DNA of 34,772 nt. It comes from Methanotrichaceae archaeon. Lineage in GTDB: Archaea > Halobacteriota > Methanosarcinia > Methanotrichales > Methanotrichaceae. Positions 7,601 to 17,776 of this stretch are shown in pieces (within the stretch, counting starts at the first letter, position 1; each line of letters opens with the position of its first letter). The notes beneath the pieces are model-generated. The model searched no databases. It saw only the letters and a list, made by a program, of their open reading frames with translations, and was not told the DNA's origin. The translations under genes were made by a program, and so were the position numbers. Location: the NCBI GenBank assembly GCA_963748825.1, contig CAVVKN010000008.1:1-34772 (forward strand). Direction: 5' to 3'.

Positions 7601-10376
7601 CCACTACCGTGTAGACATTGCCTGCTGGATAGGTCTGAGCCCAGCCTTGCTTAGAGACCTCCTCAACTACGTAGGTACCGGGTATGATGCCTGTAAACGA
7701 ATAAGCACCACCTGTAACAGTCTGAGTGCTGGCAACTTCTGTGATACCATTTTTGAGCATAATTGTCCAGCCTTCTAATCCCGGCTCGTCCGTATCCTTG
7801 GCACCATTGCCATTCAGATCCTCGAACTTCATGCCAGCAAAACTGGTCGTGCGCAGGTTACCGAAATTGATGTCTGTCGGTCCTGCTACTCCAGAGACCA
7901 GCGTTACTGTTTGCGTCCCTGGTGAGGCGGGATAAGACTGAACCCAGCCGTCCTGAACTACCTCTTCAACGGTGTAGCTGCCGGATGTGATGCCGCTAAA
8001 CGAATAAGTTCCACCTGCAACCGTCAGAGTGCTGGCGACTTCTGTGATACCCTTTTTGAGCTTAATTGTCCAGCCTTCTAATCCCGGTTCGCCGCTATCT
8101 TTGGCACCATTGCCGTTCAGATCCTCGAACTTCATGCCGCTAATACTGGCTGTAGGAACATTGCCGAAGTTCACCTCAGTCGACGCAACGGAAGTCTGAT
8201 CTGTTTTCGTGACCGCAACCTGTCCAGTATTGGAGACTACTACAATGTATACATTGCCTGCGGGATAGGTCTGAGCCCAGCATTGCTTAGAGACCTCCTC
8301 AACCGTGTAGCTACCTGGAGTGATGCCTGCAAACGAATAAGCTCCACCTGTAATCGTCAGAGTGCTGGCGACTTCCGTGCCATCTCTTTTGAGCTTAATT
8401 GTCCAGCCTTCTAATCCCGGCTCGTCGCTATCCTTGGCACTATTACCGTTCAGATCCTCGAACTTCACGCCGGAGATCGCCAACAGGTTATTACCGAAGA
8501 TATTCCCACCGGAAGGAGAGTTGGTTAGGGTTACGCTATAGTACTCCTGTACAGGAACTGTCCGGACCCAGCCGGGTTTCTGAACCTCGTACACCCGGTA
8601 GGTGCCGGGTTGCAGATTTACGAACTCGTACCTGCCCTCTTGGCCCGGCTCGAAGCTAGTGGTAGCGGTCTGCAAGAGGTAATCGCTACTGTCCTTGAGC
8701 TGGATGTCCCAGCCGGACAGGCAACTTTCTCCCGTGTCCTTGGTACCATCGCCGTCCAAGTCGTTGAACTTAATGCCGGAGATGGAGAGGGCTCCACGGT
8801 TACCGAAGTTGATGCTATCGACGTTCACATTAGTCAGCACCACGCTATGCAGGTTTTCCGATGGTGTCGTCTGTGCCCAGCCGGTCTGCTGAACCTCGCG
8901 GAGGGTGTAGTCTCCTGGTGGCAGGTTTTGGAACTGATATGAACCGTGCGAGCCGGTGATAGCAGAGATCTCGCCCTCCTGGAAGCTGCCGTCATTGTTG
9001 CTGTCGTTGTAGATCTTCCAGCCATCCAGGCCGCCTTCACCCGTGTCCTTAGTACCATCGCCATCCAGGTCGTTGAACTTCATGCCGGAGATGGAATAGG
9101 CTGCAAAGATCCCGGCATCCAGACTATGGCTTTGACCAGGAAAGGATATGATTTTTTCACTTACTCCATTGGAATTCACATCGCTATCCTGACTGTCGTC
9201 AGTGCCCTGGTTTTTGGGGCTGAAGGCGCAGCCCTGGGGCAAGCTGAACTCCACATAATAATCGCCTGGAACCAGGTCCCGGAAGGAGTAGCTGCCATCG
9301 CTGCCGGTGGTCGTTGATTTGCCTGCAATGGGGCTTCCGGTACCGTCCAGAAGCCTTGCCGGAACGTTTGGGTAGCCAAGCTCGCCCGAGTCCCAGAGGC
9401 CGTCGCAGTCCTGATCATGCCAGGCCTTGCCCAGCAGGGATGCTCCTTCCGCGAGGATCTGCAGGCCTGAATCGCCGTCGGCCACATAGGCGTAGCCGCC
9501 GGACTGGGCCACGCCCCCGGCAGTGCCTGGCGTGTCGTATGTGCTCTTCAGAAAGGGGCTGGCTGGGTCGCTGATGTTGATGATCTGCAGGCCAGAACTG
9601 CCGTCGGCCACATAGGCATAGCTGCCAGATAGGACCATGTCATTGGCAGTGCCCTGCGTGTTGTATGTGCCTTTCAGTGAGAGTCTGTCCGGGTCGATGA
9701 TATCGATGATCTGCAGGCCATAACTTCCGGCGGCCACATAGGCATAGCTGCCGGATAGGGCCACGCCGTTGGCAGTGCCTGACGTGTCGTATGTGCCCTT
9801 CAATGTGGGATTGACGGGGCTGTTGATGTCAACGATGTGCAGACCAGAACTGCCGTCGGCTACATAGGCATAGCTGCCGGACAGGGCCACGCCGTTAGCA
9901 GTGCCTGACGTGTCGTATGTGCCCTTCAATGTGGGATTGACGGGGCTGTTGATGTCAACGATGTGCAGGCCAGAATCGCCGGCGGCCACATAGGCGTAGC
10001 CGCCAGATAGGGCAACTCCATAGGCAATGCCTGGCGTGCTGTATGTGCACTTCAACGAGGGATTGACGGGGTTGCTGATGTCGATGATTTGCAGGTCAGA
10101 CTCGCCGGCTGCCATATAGGCGTAGTTGTCGGATATGGCCACACCATGAGCGTAGCCGGGAGTGTTGCATGTGCCTTTCAGGAAAGGACTGGTGGGGCTG
10201 CTGATGTCGATGACTTGCAGGCCAGAATAGCCGTCGGCCACATAGGCGTAGCTGCCGGACAGGGTCACGCTCTTGGCATATCCTGGCGTGTCGTATGCGC
10301 CCACTTTGACCAGAGATGCCTGGGCAGATGCGAGCAAAAGTATGGTCAGCAGGGCCAGGAGCAGCAGCCATCTCAT
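4607..10376 (-). CDS. Giant secreted/cell-surface modular protein (signal peptide, 7 LVIVD repeats, 7 SdrD-B-like domains, 4 DUF11-like domains, duplicated unknown domain), interrupted by a +1 frameshift at 6170-6172
   Basis: ATG 10376 followed by MRWLLLLALLTILLLASAQA. ORFs 5847..10529 and 4607..6178 join in frame (DYDS|RVSSLTYTWN) if one C of GATTCCCAGG is removed, giving 1922 aa. Confidence 0.85.
7225..9445 (-). repeat. Seven SdrD-B/Cna-B-like domains; DNA-level duplication 7474-7831 vs 8110-8467 (offset 636)
   Basis: Repeated SISGMKFEDLNGNG.KD..EPGLEGW...NFGN units with EF-hand-like DxN/DGxG loops. Confidence 0.85.
9450..10316 (-). repeat. Seven LVIVD repeats (126-nt/42-aa period), likely one 7-bladed beta-propeller
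   Basis: YAYVA.G.SGLQIIDIS.P..P.LKGTY.T.G.A units; 9736-9842 and 9862-9968 nearly identical at DNA level. Confidence 0.85.
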
Positions 10377-10924
10377 GCTGCCGCCTCTCTTGTGCTTATT
10401 CCGGATAATATCATTCTGCCAATACTCGCGGCTCTTTGCCGACGGCGCGCGCCCCCCAGGCTTCCGAAATATGCTGCCATGCTCCCTCCCGATCCTGCTA
10501 CAAAACCGAAGAAAGGAGACCGACCCCATTCCCGGATATGTTCGAATGCTTGATACGAAACTATGTTACTGATGTTCCGACAGAATGTGTAGTATAAATT
10601 ATTTGCGATTGTTTACGTTATCACAAAGAAATTTCTGAAAATTGCCCATTTAAACCAGTATCTTAAGCGGCTTTTTCTTCCAGAATATGTTCTGCTAAAA
10701 GGAATATATTATCGACTAATTTTTAATTATTCTAATGAAATAAATATATAGACTTCTCTCTTTTTGTGTGAAGTACCATGGAGGACTGAAAAGTCTCGCG
10801 TGGTATGAAGATGCAATTCCAGCTTAACAAGACAATTGCCAAGCTATGGACTCTTCTATTTCATTGCATCCTCTGTGAACTGTTGTGCCTGGTGCCTGGC
10901 GCTGGTGGAGTAGTCGTTAGCCAC

Positions 10925-10936
10925 TGGTTATAACCA
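10925..10936. promoter_or_regulatory. Perfect 12-bp palindrome TGGTTATAACCA containing TTATAA
   Basis: About 55 nt upstream of ATG 10992, in the divergent intergenic region. Confidence 0.3.
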
Positions 10937-10991
10937 AAATGGTTAATGCGACGGGAAAAGTCCATTTATCTGAAAAGAGAAATGATACCTC

Positions 10992-11517
10992 ATGATTGAA
11001 CTGTCCAGCGACCCTTATGTTCTGAAGCCCAGGAACACGCCCATGACGGAAGCGGACTTTCGGCTTCACCTCAACATAAGCTGGTGTCGCGGCGTCCTCT
11101 TTAATGTAGTGGCTCTAAAAAACGCCATCGCCGTGGTGGAATATGACGCCCTGCTCTGGTCCGATGAATGCCATCATGTTTGTGGAGTACAAGGATTCAG
11201 TTGCAGCCTACAAAGATCTCTCTTCTCGAAGAGTGCAGCAGATGAACAGCTTCGCCAAGAACATTGCCCGGGGACTGGGCTACAAGAACTTCGCGTTCAT
11301 AGTAGTCGTAAAGGGGCTGGAGGATATGTCAACCAAAGGCGGTGTCGAGGTCTTGCCGCTCTTTGAATTAGGCAGCTATCAGCCCATCTTCGTCTCATCC
11401 ATCACAGAACTTGAATATCTGAATAAGATGATTGCAAAATATACTCGCGAAGGCAAGGAAGAGTTTGCGAAAGAGCTGGACAAGCTCAAGAAGATCTTTG
11501 AGATGGAGCAGGCTTGA
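10992..11517 (+). pseudogene. Hypothetical PD-(D/E)xK nuclease-fold-like protein split by a +1 frameshift near 11166-11169
   Basis: ORF 10992 gives ...VVEYDALLWSD; ORF 11143 gives AIMFVEYKDS...; removing one base gives a 174-aa ORF with EYD-x~9-VEYK. Confidence 0.55.
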
Positions 11518-11537
11518 GGGAGATACCTGATAAATTC

Positions 11538-12386
11538 ATGAAAGGATATGCATGGGCAAACGGCGCTGCCACAGTTCTCAATGCAGTTGCCACCTGGAAG
11601 GGGGCGGCCTTCGGAATCGAGCTCAAAACACGGGCCGAAGTGGAGCTGAACAATTCCGGCGACATTTTGGGAGACGTTCCCGGTATGGACACTCGCCTCA
11701 TCGAGACCTGTGTGCGCATGGTGCAAGAGCGACTGGGCTATAGCTACGGCGCGATAGTGCGAACTTACAGCGAGATCCCTGTGGCCGGCGGCCTGAAGAG
11801 CAGCAGTACCGCGGCCAACGCCACCGTCCTGGCAACCCTGGATGCTCTGCAGGAAGAGATGGACCCTGTAGAGGCAGCCAAGATCGGCGTGGCCGCCGCC
11901 CGGGAAGTGGGGGTGACCATTACCGGCGCTCTGGACGACGCTTTGGCCTCAATGCTGGGCGGCGTTGTAGTTACAGACAACGCCAGGATGCTCCTCCTCA
12001 AGCGGGAAGAGTTCTCTCGCATTGTTATGCTCCTGGTTCCTGAGCGAAAGCTCTTCTCCATTGATACCAATGTTTCCCGCTCCCGGCTCATTGCGCCCAT
12101 GGCAGATGTGATCTTTGAGCTGGCCATGCGCGGCGATTATGGCAGGGCCATGACCCTGAACGGCCTGGCCTATTGCGCGGCTTTGGGCCTGCCTACCGAG
12201 CCATTGCTCCTGGCGCTGGAGGCCGGGGCGGAAGGAGTGAGCCTTTCGGGAACCGGACCGGCTTATGCGGCAATAATTGATGAAGATAGGATGGACGTTC
12301 TTGAAGCTGCCTGGAGACCTCTGGGCGGAAGAGTGATAAGAACGAGGACCAATAATAGATGCGCATCTAAGGGCCGGGGAATTTGA
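11538..12386 (+). CDS. aroK: Archaeal shikimate kinase (GHMP family)
   Basis: GAATVLNAVATWKGAAFGI, IPVAGGLKSSSTAANA, TITGALDDA, LSGTGPAY. Confidence 0.92.
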   Translation: MKGYAWANGAATVLNAVATWKGAAFGIELKTRAEVELNNSGDILGDVPGMDTRLIETCVRMVQERLGYSYGAIVRTYSEIPVAGGLKSSSTAANATVLATLDALQEEMDPVEAAKIGVAAAREVGVTITGALDDALASMLGGVVVTDNARMLLLKREEFSRIVMLLVPERKLFSIDTNVSRSRLIAPMADVIFELAMRGDYGRAMTLNGLAYCAALGLPTEPLLLALEAGAEGVSLSGTGPAYAAIIDEDRMDVLEAAWRPLGGRVIRTRTNNRCASKGRGI

Positions 12387-12667
12387 TGGGGCTACAAGAG
12401 CATCGCAGCGATATTGAGCAGATTGACGAGCAGATCATAAGGCTCATCTATCAGCGCATAGGCATCTCTAAGAAGATCTTTGAGGCTAAAAGGGCAGAAG
12501 GAAAGCCGATCAGCGATCCACATCGCGAGATGAGGGTTCTATCCAGGGCCATGGATCTGGCCACGGAGTTGAATCTGGACACTGGGGCTGTCAAGAGCAT
12601 CTTTGAGATCCTGATTATGATGAGCGTGAATAAGCAACATGAGCTGCAGGGCCGAAATCAAGGATAG
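12386..12667 (+). CDS. Chorismate mutase (AroQ type)
   Basis: R.DIEQIDEQIIRLIYQR...K...PISDPHRE; TGATG overlap with aroK stop. Confidence 0.88.
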   Translation: MGLQEHRSDIEQIDEQIIRLIYQRIGISKKIFEAKRAEGKPISDPHREMRVLSRAMDLATELNLDTGAVKSIFEILIMMSVNKQHELQGRNQG

Positions 12668-12670
12668 ATT

Positions 12671-13060
12671 ATGGTCGATATTGCAATAATTTCGGGGTCC
12701 AAATCAGATCAGGCAATTGTGGACAAGGTCGCTAGCAAACTGGAGGAGAAGGGGGCGTCATTTGAGCATAAAGTTCTCTCCGCCCATCGCAATCCCCAGG
12801 AGCTGGAAGATTATATCTCCCAGACGGATGCCCGCGTTTTTATCGGCATTGCCGGCCTTTCCGCAGCGCTGCCCGGCGTTATCGCCTCAAAAACGATGCG
12901 CCCGGTCATTGGAGTGCCGGTAAGTGCGAAACTGGGCGGGTTGGATGCACTTTTATCAATTGTTCAAATGCCGCCCGGAGTTCCTGTGGCCTGCGTGGGC
13001 ATCGATAATGGAGAAAATGCGGCGCTATTAGCCCTTAGAATTCTTGAATCGGGAAGATAG
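12671..13060 (+). CDS. purE: N5-CAIR mutase / AIR carboxylase PurE
   Basis: [47 protein letters not shown]. Confidence 0.93.
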   Translation: MVDIAIISGSKSDQAIVDKVASKLEEKGASFEHKVLSAHRNPQELEDYISQTDARVFIGIAGLSAALPGVIASKTMRPVIGVPVSAKLGGLDALLSIVQMPPGVPVACVGIDNGENAALLALRILESGR

Positions 13061-13107
13061 CTATTTATACAATGTCAGTGAGATAAACGCACCAAAGGTG
13101 GGATAGG

Positions 13108-13539
13108 ATGTACAAGCGGATATTGATCGCCACAGATGGCTCAGAAAAATCCATGAAAGCCGCTGAGGAGGGCATGGAGCTCGCTAAGGGACTCGGCGCA
13201 CAGGTCATAGCACTCAACGTAGTAAACGAGGTCGTTATTGCCAGCGCAGTTAGACAGCTTGGGGCCGAGAGAAAGGAAGTTGAGGCCAAGCTGGAGACGG
13301 CAGGCAGAAAAGCAGTTGACAATCTCAAGGCCATGGGTGCCAAGATCGGCGTCAATGTAGATACGATCGTCAGAATTGGAGCTCCCGCAAATGCAGTTAT
13401 AGATACGGCCGGAGCTGAGAAGGCAGACCTTATTGTCATGGGAAGCCATGGCGAGTCCGGTGCCTCCAAGCTGTTGATTGGCAGCGTCGTGCAGAAGGTT
13501 CTCTACTGGGCAACGATTCCAGTGCTGGTAGTGAGATGA
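13108..13539 (+). CDS. Universal stress protein (UspA family)
   Basis: MYKRILIATDGS, ADLIVMGSHG, LLIGSVVQKV, PVLVVR. Confidence 0.93.
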   Translation: MYKRILIATDGSEKSMKAAEEGMELAKGLGAQVIALNVVNEVVIASAVRQLGAERKEVEAKLETAGRKAVDNLKAMGAKIGVNVDTIVRIGAPANAVIDTAGAEKADLIVMGSHGESGASKLLIGSVVQKVLYWATIPVLVVR

Positions 13540-13543
13540 TTAT

Positions 13544-13654
13544 ATGGAAGCATTTTATTTCGCCGAATCCCTGATCTACACCTCGTTTGCAGTCGTGTTC
13601 GTAGTAGGTGTGGTCCTGGGTTTCTTTGTGATCAGCCTCATCGGTTCAAGCTGA
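13544..13654 (+). CDS. 36-aa single-TM membrane microprotein (not in ORF track)
   Basis: MEAFYFAESLIYTSFAVVFVVGVVLGFFVISLIGSS*; starts 4 nt after the USP stop and ends before a hairpin/T-run. Confidence 0.6.
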   Translation: MEAFYFAESLIYTSFAVVFVVGVVLGFFVISLIGSS

Positions 13655-13671
13655 ATTCTGCTTAGAGGGTA

Positions 13672-13715
13672 CTGCCGGAGAAGTCCGGACAGGACTCTTA
13701 TATTTTGATTTTTTT
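13672..13715 (+). terminator. Hairpin (CCGGA-GAAG-TCCGG) plus T-tract
   Basis: Downstream of the aroK-CM-purE-usp-microprotein run; A-runs at 13760-13806 are T-tracts for the convergent gene. Confidence 0.45.
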
Positions 13716-13806
13716 GTCCTCACCATTATTGATTATTATGCTTAGTATTTATAAGGCTAATTAAAAAAATAACTAAAAAATATAATAATTAAAAAATTAT
13801 TAAAAA

Positions 13807-14859
13807 TTAATTTTTAAAGTATCTCCCTGCCGTCTCCAGGCACCTGGCCATCAGGTCCGCTGCCTTGTCGATATCGCTAATGCACAGCACCTCCACCGGC
13901 GAGTGGATGTAGCGCGTGGCCACGCTGATAACGCCTGTAGGGATGCCCGTCTTGGTGAGGTAGATGGATGTGGCGTCCGTGGTGCCTCCGTCCGATGCCT
14001 CTAGCTGTATAGGAATCTCAAACTCCCGGGCCGTGCCCGCCAGCCATTCGATGACCTGAGGAGTAGCGATCAGGCCGCGGCCTGAGGCATCGGCCACCAC
14101 TACCACTGGACCCTTGCCCATTTCAATGGGAGCGTCCTTCATCTCAATGCCAGGATGATCACCTGGAATGGTCACATCGGCAGCTATGGCGACATCAGGG
14201 TCCAGGCCATAGGCGGCAACCTTGGCGCCCTTCAGGCCTACCTCCTCCTGCACCGTGGCCACGGCATAAATGGTGGACTTGGATTTAGTCCTCTTCAGGG
14301 CCTCGATCATGACTATCAGCCCGGCTCGGTTGTCGAAGGCCTTGCCGGTGACTCTGTCGCCCTGCAAAGAGGAAAAGGTCCTGTCCAGGGAAATGGGCGT
14401 GCCGGGCAAGATGCCCAGGTCCTCGACCTCTTTTTGATTGGTGCAGCCGATGTCGATGAACATATCTTTAGCCTCGACCACCTTCTTTCGGTCCTCTTCC
14501 TTCATGACATGAGGCGGCTTGCAGCCGATGACGCCGGTAATGGGCCCGGATCTGGTATGGATGATAACTCTTTGGTTGAGCAGTGTCTGGTCAAACCAGC
14601 CGCCGATGCGAATAAAACGAAGGAATCCCTTCTCGTCCACATGTTTTACCATGAGGCCGATCTCGTCGGCATGGGCCTCGATCATGATGGAGGGTTGTTC
14701 TCCCTTCTTGGTGGCGATGAGATTTCCCAATTTATCCATCCGGACCTCATCCACGTAAGGCGCAATCTCCTCTTTTACTATCTGCTGGATTGATCCTTCC
14801 CAGCCCGATATGCCGTGTGCATTGCTCAGTTTTTCCAATAAAGATTTGATATCGCTCAT
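13807..14859 (-). CDS. M42 family metallo-aminopeptidase (TET/FrvX-like)
   Basis: AHADEIG, GKAFDNRAG, TVQEEVGLKGA, GGTTDA, RYIHSPVE. Confidence 0.93.
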   Translation of the reverse strand: MSDIKSLLEKLSNAHGISGWEGSIQQIVKEEIAPYVDEVRMDKLGNLIATKKGEQPSIMIEAHADEIGLMVKHVDEKGFLRFIRIGGWFDQTLLNQRVIIHTRSGPITGVIGCKPPHVMKEEDRKKVVEAKDMFIDIGCTNQKEVEDLGILPGTPISLDRTFSSLQGDRVTGKAFDNRAGLIVMIEALKRTKSKSTIYAVATVQEEVGLKGAKVAAYGLDPDVAIAADVTIPGDHPGIEMKDAPIEMGKGPVVVVADASGRGLIATPQVIEWLAGTAREFEIPIQLEASDGGTTDATSIYLTKTGIPTGVISVATRYIHSPVEVLCISDIDKAADLMARCLETAGRYFKN

Positions 14860-14890
14860 TTAATCATCTCTCGAGTATAATTTTAAATAG

Positions 14891-16426
14891 CTAGGCCATC
14901 CTTACCCTTGCGCCCTCATTTCTGGCGCGAGTAAACAGGATCTCTCCACCCACGTCTCTCATGGCCTCGCGGGCAGCAGCCTCAATATCCCGTCCTTCTG
15001 TATCCGTTATGGCGTACACGGCCGGCCCAAAGGAGCTGAGTCCCGCGCAGGCAGCTCCTGCTTCTCTCATGGCGGCCATCAGCCTGTGCACCACGGGATG
15101 CTGCAGCATTACTTCAATCTTCTTGAAGCCTATCTCCTGCACTCTGTTAACGGCCGCTCCGAACTCCTCCAGGTTCTCTTCCACTAAAGAAGGCACCATG
15201 CGCACCAGGATCTGGTAGCATAGCTCATGCACCTCAGCTACGGGCAAGGGGCAATACTCCCGGAATATGTCAACTTCCTTATTTCCATGAGCGCCCGCTG
15301 CGATGTCGGGCAGGGCCAGGATGATCTTCCAGTCTCTAGGAAAGTCGTGGCGCATAGTGACCGATGCAGGGCGCACGCCGCCGCAGGCAGAAGAGGGCGA
15401 AAAGCTAATTTTATCTTTTCCCGGTCCATAGCTATGCCCGCCGTCTATCAGAAAGCCGCCCGTCTCAAAGGCAGCCGTGCCAATGCCGCTGGTTCCACCG
15501 CGCGCAATGATGCGGGCGATCTCGCGCACAGAGAGGGGCTGGTTATAAAGCTCACACAGAGCCTTTCCCGCGGCAATGCCCAGCTGCGTTCCCCCGCCCA
15601 GGCCCACATGCATTCTGTATCCGCTGCGAATAGTTAGAAGCGCCCCGCCCAGGCCCAGGTGCTTTTGCACCGCACGGGCCGCAGCCAGAGCGCGATCGGC
15701 ATTCTCTCCCACCGCCACCAGATCCTCGCATCTCTCCGCCTCCAGCAATATATTCGGCTCATCCAAAGAGATGCCCACGCCTCCGTCCACTCGACTGCTG
15801 CTGCCCGTTAAATCGGTCAGGGTCAGATGCAATCGGGAAGGCGTCTGAATCACAACCCGTCGATCATCTCGGAAGCTGTTGTAGGGAAAGGTCTCCCTGA
15901 TGGCGATGAGCGGCTGTCCATGGCGAATTATCTTGTAGCTTCTCGTGAGCATTATCTCGCGGGCAAAGACGCCAAAGGCCCGGCAATGCTCCGGGTCGGC
16001 AGGCAAAAAAGCTGTGCTTGTTATGTCTCGCCGCGATTCGATGCGATGTTTTTTTAGGATGACTCCAATGGGAATGTCGGCCTTCGTAAGGTCATCTTTG
16101 ATGCCGGCCTCCAGCCTCTTTAAGGGCGTATGCGAGACTGCGTATACCAGCGCCTCCTGGCTGTTTGCCTTCTTTAAGAGCACTACCCTGAAATTGACCT
16201 CCTCACCCGGGTTTACTTGAAGCTCTTTTGCCACTGCCTCATCTGCCGGCACGACCTTCTGCATCAGAGTTTCAATTTCAACCGGGCTTTCTGTGACCAC
16301 TTCCAGCAGGCTGGTCACAGACCCATCTGTCCCCAGCAGCATCTTTTGCACAGGACTGAGTCTTCCCACAATGTTTTCCAGCTTCAAAATCTCTCCGGCA
16401 ATGGGGAAGGAGGAGGATTGGACCAT
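14891..16426 (-). CDS. Fusion: chorismate lyase-like (DUF98/UbiC) domain + beta-ribofuranosylaminobenzene(phenol) 5'-phosphate synthase
   Basis: N-term LLGTDGSVTSLLE...ADIPIGVIL...RSYKI...IRETFP; C-term PSRLHLTL...RVDGGVG, HVGLGGGTQL, RGGTSGIG, GLSSFGP; GGAGG RBS before ATG 16426. Confidence 0.85.
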   Translation of the reverse strand: MVQSSSFPIAGEILKLENIVGRLSPVQKMLLGTDGSVTSLLEVVTESPVEIETLMQKVVPADEAVAKELQVNPGEEVNFRVVLLKKANSQEALVYAVSHTPLKRLEAGIKDDLTKADIPIGVILKKHRIESRRDITSTAFLPADPEHCRAFGVFAREIMLTRSYKIIRHGQPLIAIRETFPYNSFRDDRRVVIQTPSRLHLTLTDLTGSSSRVDGGVGISLDEPNILLEAERCEDLVAVGENADRALAAARAVQKHLGLGGALLTIRSGYRMHVGLGGGTQLGIAAGKALCELYNQPLSVREIARIIARGGTSGIGTAAFETGGFLIDGGHSYGPGKDKISFSPSSACGGVRPASVTMRHDFPRDWKIILALPDIAAGAHGNKEVDIFREYCPLPVAEVHELCYQILVRMVPSLVEENLEEFGAAVNRVQEIGFKKIEVMLQHPVVHRLMAAMREAGAACAGLSSFGPAVYAITDTEGRDIEAAAREAMRDVGGEILFTRARNEGARVRMA

Positions 16427-16504
16427 AAAAATAAATCCTCCGGCTGGAATAAAGTTTTTCCCCTTCCAATGCATTTCATGAATGTGAGATAGGAACTGAG
16501 ATCT

Positions 16505-17776
16505 ATGACTTCCAGAATATCAGGATTTTACAAGCTTGCTCCCTCTGAGAGGCTTATCGCTGTGGCAGAGCAGGCCGCTTTGGGGCCGGAAGAGATAGCC
16601 CAGGTGCAGACGGGTCTGTCTCTTGACCAGGCCGACAAGATGGTGGAGAATGTGATCGGTTTGATCCAGGTGCCGCTGGGAATCGCCACCAACTTCGTCA
16701 TCGATGGCAGAGAAGTGCTCATACCCATGGCTACCGAGGAGCCTTCCGTCATCGCCGCAGCCAGCAACGGCGCAAGAATGGCGCGGGAAGCGGGCGGCTT
16801 TCTTACCTCCAGTACGGGACCTGTCATGCGCGCCCTGATTCAGGCCACGGGAATGGGCGATCCCTTTTCGGCCCGCCAGGCGATTCTGCTTCATAAAGAC
16901 GAGCTGATGAGGATGGCCAACGACAAAGATCCCATGCTGGTCAAGTACGGGGGCGGTGTCAAGGATATCGAGGTCTATGTCATCGACTCCAAGATGGGGC
17001 CTATGGTAGTGACCCATCTCATCGTGGACTGCCGGGATGCCATGGGTGCCAACGCCGTCAATACCATGGCCGAAGCGCTCGCCCCGCGAATCGAGCAGAT
17101 CACCGGCGGGCGGGTGTATCTGCGTATCATCTCCAATCTGGCCGATCTGCGACTGGTTCGATCAAAGGCAGTCTTCAAGGCAGAGGAGATAGGCGGCCAT
17201 GAGGTGGTGGACGGAATACTTTTGGCGGCAGAGCTCGCCCAGGTTGATCCCTACCGCGCCGCGACCCACAACAAGGGCATCATGAACGGAGTGACAGCCG
17301 TGGTGCTGGCCACTGGAAATGATACCAGGGCAGTTGAGGCCGGAGCACATGCTTTTGCATCGATCGCCGGGCGCTACAAATCTTTAACCCGCTATGAGAA
17401 GAACAGGGATGGAGATCTGGTAGGAACCATTGAGATGCCCGTAGCGGTGGGCCTGGTGGGCGGAGCGACGCGCGTCCATCCTGTGGCCAAGACGGCCGTG
17501 AAGATCCTGGGCATTAAGAGCGCAGACGATCTCTCCCGCATCATCGCCTCGGTGGGGCTGTGCCAGAATTTTGCAGCGCTGCGGGCCTTAGCATCAGAGG
17601 GCATTCAGAGGGGGCACATGTCTCTGCACGCCAAGAACGTGGCTGTGCAGGCGGGTGCTAAGTGCGATCTGATTGAGATCATTGCTGCCCGCATGGCCGC
17701 TGAGCGCAGGATCAGCGTGGATCGAGCCGTGGAGCTGATGGCCGAGCTGGATGAAAAAACAAAGGAGAAGACTTGA
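16505..17776 (+). CDS. mvaA: HMG-CoA reductase, class II (MvaA-like)
   Basis: ENVIG, PMATEEPSVIAAAS, DAMGANAVNT, RAATHNKGIMNG, GNDTRAVEAGAH, EGIQRGHMSLH. Confidence 0.9.
   Translation: MTSRISGFYKLAPSERLIAVAEQAALGPEEIAQVQTGLSLDQADKMVENVIGLIQVPLGIATNFVIDGREVLIPMATEEPSVIAAASNGARMAREAGGFLTSSTGPVMRALIQATGMGDPFSARQAILLHKDELMRMANDKDPMLVKYGGGVKDIEVYVIDSKMGPMVVTHLIVDCRDAMGANAVNTMAEALAPRIEQITGGRVYLRIISNLADLRLVRSKAVFKAEEIGGHEVVDGILLAAELAQVDPYRAATHNKGIMNGVTAVVLATGNDTRAVEAGAHAFASIAGRYKSLTRYEKNRDGDLVGTIEMPVAVGLVGGATRVHPVAKTAVKILGIKSADDLSRIIASVGLCQNFAALRALASEGIQRGHMSLHAKNVAVQAGAKCDLIEIIAARMAAERRISVDRAVELMAELDEKTKEKT

Noticed and set aside
9450-10316. Regularly spaced repeats that could be mistaken for a CRISPR array
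   Set aside because: 126-nt in-frame coding repeats without unique spacers; no cas genes
10377-10529. 51-codon N-terminal extension of the adhesin ORF
   Set aside because: The signal peptide begins at ATG 10376, preceded by a purine-rich RBS-like sequence
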